Shown here: positions 47,969 through 50,670 of the stretch, in pieces
How positions within the stretch are numbered: position 1 is the stretch's first letter
How the letters are laid out: every line of letters begins with the position of its first letter
IMG/VR virus record: IMGVR_UViG_3300003375_000038
Coordinates: 1 to 50,670 of that record
Direction: 5' to 3' (one strand)
Source: a virus
Lineage: Duplodnaviria > Caudoviricetes
Length of the DNA stretch: 50,670 nt
Position numbers and translations under genes: made by a program
The notes under the pieces: generated by a model
What the model saw: the letters and a program-made list of their open reading frames with translations, nothing else
Databases searched by the model: none
What the model was told of the DNA's origin: nothing

Positions 47969-50670
47969 ATGAAAAGAATAGGAATTATATTTTTATTATG
48001 TTTATGCGGTCTTATATCTAAGGCTCAATTTGTAAATACATTAACTACGGGAAGTAATTCAACTGATTTTAAAAGTAAAGGCGGTTTAACAGCAGATTCA
48101 GTAGTTCACTTAGCTGCAATCATATTCCCTGATACAACTACTGCAAATTTTAGTGTAGCATCAAAATACTCAGGGGCATTAATACAAGTTACAGGAGGGC
48201 AAATTTGGTGGAGAAGCCTTAACCCTAATCAATGGCATATATTTTCTTCTTCTACCGGGGGTAGTTATTTGCTTATTTCAGATACAGCAAATATGATGGC
48301 AAACCATCTAAAAATAAGTGATACCACTTATATGCTATCTAACCGATTAAAGATAAGTGATACGGCATACCTGGTTTCTAATAGATTGAAAATATCCGAT
48401 ACTGCTTATGCTTTATCAAATCGGTTAAAAATATCTGATACCGCTACAGCATATTCTTATTACGTTAGAAAGTCATTATATGTTAATACAAATGCCCCAT
48501 TAAAGGGGGCAGCGGCATTGACAGGTAATTTAACATTATCAATAGATACAGGTAGGGTAAGTACACAAGTTATAACAGGCGGTGATTTGAATAAAGTAAG
48601 GGATAGCTTACAGGCTAATATTAGTGCATCTGTAGCGGGGGTATCTTCATTTTCATTTACTACTGCGAATGGTATTTCGGGTACGGTAATGAGTCCAACT
48701 AGCACACCTAACTTAACATTAACACTAAATAATATTACTCCGGCATCGGTGGTAGTAAGTGGTAATATGACCGCTACAAATGTATATGCAGGTAATATAG
48801 TCAAGTATTTAGATACGGCTAGTATGCTATCAACAAGAATTAAGTATAGTGATACTGCTTATATGCTATCGGTTTATTTACAAAAACAAGCAGGGGTAAA
48901 GTATTACGATACAAGTACAATGTTATCACCTTATAGGCGAACTACAACTAAAATAACAAATAGCGATTTAGCTAATTCAACAATAAGCGGTATATCATTG
49001 GGTAGCAACTTGGCTACATTAACATTCGATACTTATTTACAGTACAGTAGTACATCATATAACGGTAGTACGGCAGCAACAATATCCACAAATGCAACTC
49101 CTAATAACGTAGGTTCAACATTAATGGCTAGAGATATAAGCGGTAACGTGTATGCTAATTTATTTATAGGCACATTAAGCGGTAATTCTTCTTCTTCAAA
49201 CACAACTGCAATAACAGATAATAATTCAACCAACGCAACTTATTACCCTTTATGGGTTACAAATAGTGGGGGTGGTTTTCAAAGTTTAAATACTTCATCT
49301 TCTAAAATAACATTTAACCCATCTTCAGGTTCTTTAACTACTTCAACTTTTGTGGGGGCATTAACGGGAAATGCTACAACCGCATCTACATTACAAACAC
49401 CTAGAACTATTAACGGTGTAGCTTTTGATGGCTCTGCTAATATATCAATAAGTACCGCTTCTGCTAATTATTTAAATACTGGTTATGGTCTTACTGGAAC
49501 TGCTTATAATGGTGCATTAACACAAACATGGACAGTAGATACCACTAAAATAATTGCACAAACAGATACCGCAGCATATTACGGGGTGGCTACTAAAACA
49601 TTTGTAAGAACAACAGGGGCAAGTACTTTTGTACCATATACAGGGGCTACCGGGGCGGTAAATATTGGTAGTAACTCATTTACTGCGGGTGCTATAAATG
49701 GAACAATCGGAATTTTCAATAGTTCATATACAAATACAAAGCAATTACAGATACAATCACAGGGTAATATTCCGGGAATAAGTTTAGTATCAAGCGGTAA
49801 TGGAAATGCAGCTTTTGTAACTAATTATATTGGGGCAAATATCACTTCTGTTTTAGTTGGTAGCGGAACTAATACGCCTACAACTGAAGTATTAAGGTTT
49901 GATAATACGACCGGAAATACAAGTACAACGTATTCGTTTAGCGCAAATGCAATAACAGGGAATACAACGAGATTCACAAGTAGTGGAAGTGATGCGGGTT
50001 ATGCTTTCTATGACCGTGTTAATACTTCCCACTTTTGGTTATGGTATGCAAGTGGTGATATTGCTAACCTTTATAACGCAGGGTTAGGAACAAATGCTGT
50101 AACCTTTAACTATGCTACAAATGCAGCAATATTTTCAAGTTCTGTTACAATGTCAGGACTTACAAATAATTCTACAAGTTTGATAAGTGGTGTAAACGGG
50201 AATGATAACAATATTTATCTGAATGGGTACAATAGCGGGAATGTAAGAATTACAACAAATGCGGGTAATTCATCAGGGTATAATGGTATTTCAATAATAG
50301 CTAACAATACAGGTGTAAATAGTTTGCCATCTTGGGCTTTAGATTTAGGAGGAAATAATGCTGTATTAACTGGCTCGGATTTCTTTGGGATTGGAAGAAA
50401 ACCAAACGGTGGTTCTTATACTACATTCTTTTCGATAGCTAATACAGGTGCAACATCTTTCTCAAATTCTGTTACAGCAAGTTCGTTTAGTGGTTCAGGG
50501 TCAGGTATTACTGGTTTAGTAAATAGTAACCTTTCAGGTAGTGCCGGGATAACAAATGCTAACCTTGCTAACAGTTCAATAACAATAAATAGTACTGCCG
50601 TTTCTTTGGGCGGAGCAATAACTATTACTGCAAATAATCCAAATTCTTTAACTATTAATAATAGTGGTTC
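47969..50670 (+). CDS. large fibre-like protein with N-terminal signal peptide (3' partial, about 900 aa in window)
   Basis: Absent from the ORF track because no stop falls in the window; hand-translated MKRIGIIFLLCLCGLISKAQFVN...; contains the tail-fibre motif GNATTASTLQTPRTINGVAFDGSANI near 49370-49445. Confidence 0.85.
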   Translation, partial: MKRIGIIFLLCLCGLISKAQFVNTLTTGSNSTDFKSKGGLTADSVVHLAAIIFPDTTTANFSVASKYSGALIQVTGGQIWWRSLNPNQWHIFSSSTGGSYLLISDTANMMANHLKISDTTYMLSNRLKISDTAYLVSNRLKISDTAYALSNRLKISDTATAYSYYVRKSLYVNTNAPLKGAAALTGNLTLSIDTGRVSTQVITGGDLNKVRDSLQANISASVAGVSSFSFTTANGISGTVMSPTSTPNLTLTLNNITPASVVVSGNMTATNVYAGNIVKYLDTASMLSTRIKYSDTAYMLSVYLQKQAGVKYYDTSTMLSPYRRTTTKITNSDLANSTISGISLGSNLATLTFDTYLQYSSTSYNGSTAATISTNATPNNVGSTLMARDISGNVYANLFIGTLSGNSSSSNTTAITDNNSTNATYYPLWVTNSGGGFQSLNTSSSKITFNPSSGSLTTSTFVGALTGNATTASTLQTPRTINGVAFDGSANISISTASANYLNTGYGLTGTAYNGALTQTWTVDTTKIIAQTDTAAYYGVATKTFVRTTGASTFVPYTGATGAVNIGSNSFTAGAINGTIGIFNSSYTNTKQLQIQSQGNIPGISLVSSGNGNAAFVTNYIGANITSVLVGSGTNTPTTEVLRFDNTTGNTSTTYSFSANAITGNTTRFTSSGSDAGYAFYDRVNTSHFWLWYASGDIANLYNAGLGTNAVTFNYATNAAIFSSSVTMSGLTNNSTSLISGVNGNDNNIYLNGYNSGNVRITTNAGNSSGYNGISIIANNTGVNSLPSWALDLGGNNAVLTGSDFFGIGRKPNGGSYTTFFSIANTGATSFSNSVTASSFSGSGSGITGLVNSNLSGSAGITNANLANSSITINSTAVSLGGAITITANNPNSLTINNSG
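48272..48445 (+). repeat. 13-aa (39-nt) tandem coding repeat LKISDTAYxLSNR, about 4.5 units
   Basis: Conserved in protein, diverged at synonymous sites; related units at about 48800-48935. Confidence 0.85.

Noticed and set aside
48272-48445. CRISPR-like or DGR repeat
   Set aside because: Contiguous in-frame 39-nt coding repeats with synonymous divergence; no spacers, no adenine-specific variation, no RT.
1-50670. Amber (TAG) stop-codon reassignment as in some crAss-like phages
   Set aside because: Long genes are intact in the standard code, and TAG ends genes exactly where the next starts (e.g. 47966-47968 TAG then ATG; 24947; 38751).
1-50670. tRNA, rRNA, integrase, transposase or lysis genes
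   Set aside because: None recognised; intergenic gaps are short and AT-rich. A covariance-model scan was not possible.

Overview
AT-rich, gene-dense segment of a tailed dsDNA phage (podovirus-type), most likely infecting a Bacteroidota host. The host call rests on TAnnTTTG -7 promoter boxes, the lack of Shine-Dalgarno sequences, a DUF4373-type initiator and an Ala-Gln signal peptide. Left (1-11 kb): small early genes, a metallophosphoesterase, two DnaA-domain-IV-like proteins, NinG, a divergent Cro-like HTH, a replication initiator with internal iterons, DnaB and an SNF2 helicase-DNA methyltransferase fusion. Middle (11-31.5 kb): GroES-like chaperonins, three ring/adaptor proteins, a tail stabilization protein, a GNAT-like protein and ejection/cargo proteins. 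The two largest cargo genes are separated by a 7-gene structural cassette; each protein has a single cysteine, in an IDC motif at the facing ends. Right (31.5-50.7 kb): terminase, a 10-gene glycan island (GT25 x2, GT2, GT11, GT47, GDP-mannose 3',5'-epimerase, four methyltransferase domains), portal, scaffold, major capsid protein, and a fibre-like ORF running off the window with a Sec signal peptide and many Bacteroidota O-glycosylation sequons. All family calls come from motif recognition by eye; no searches were run.
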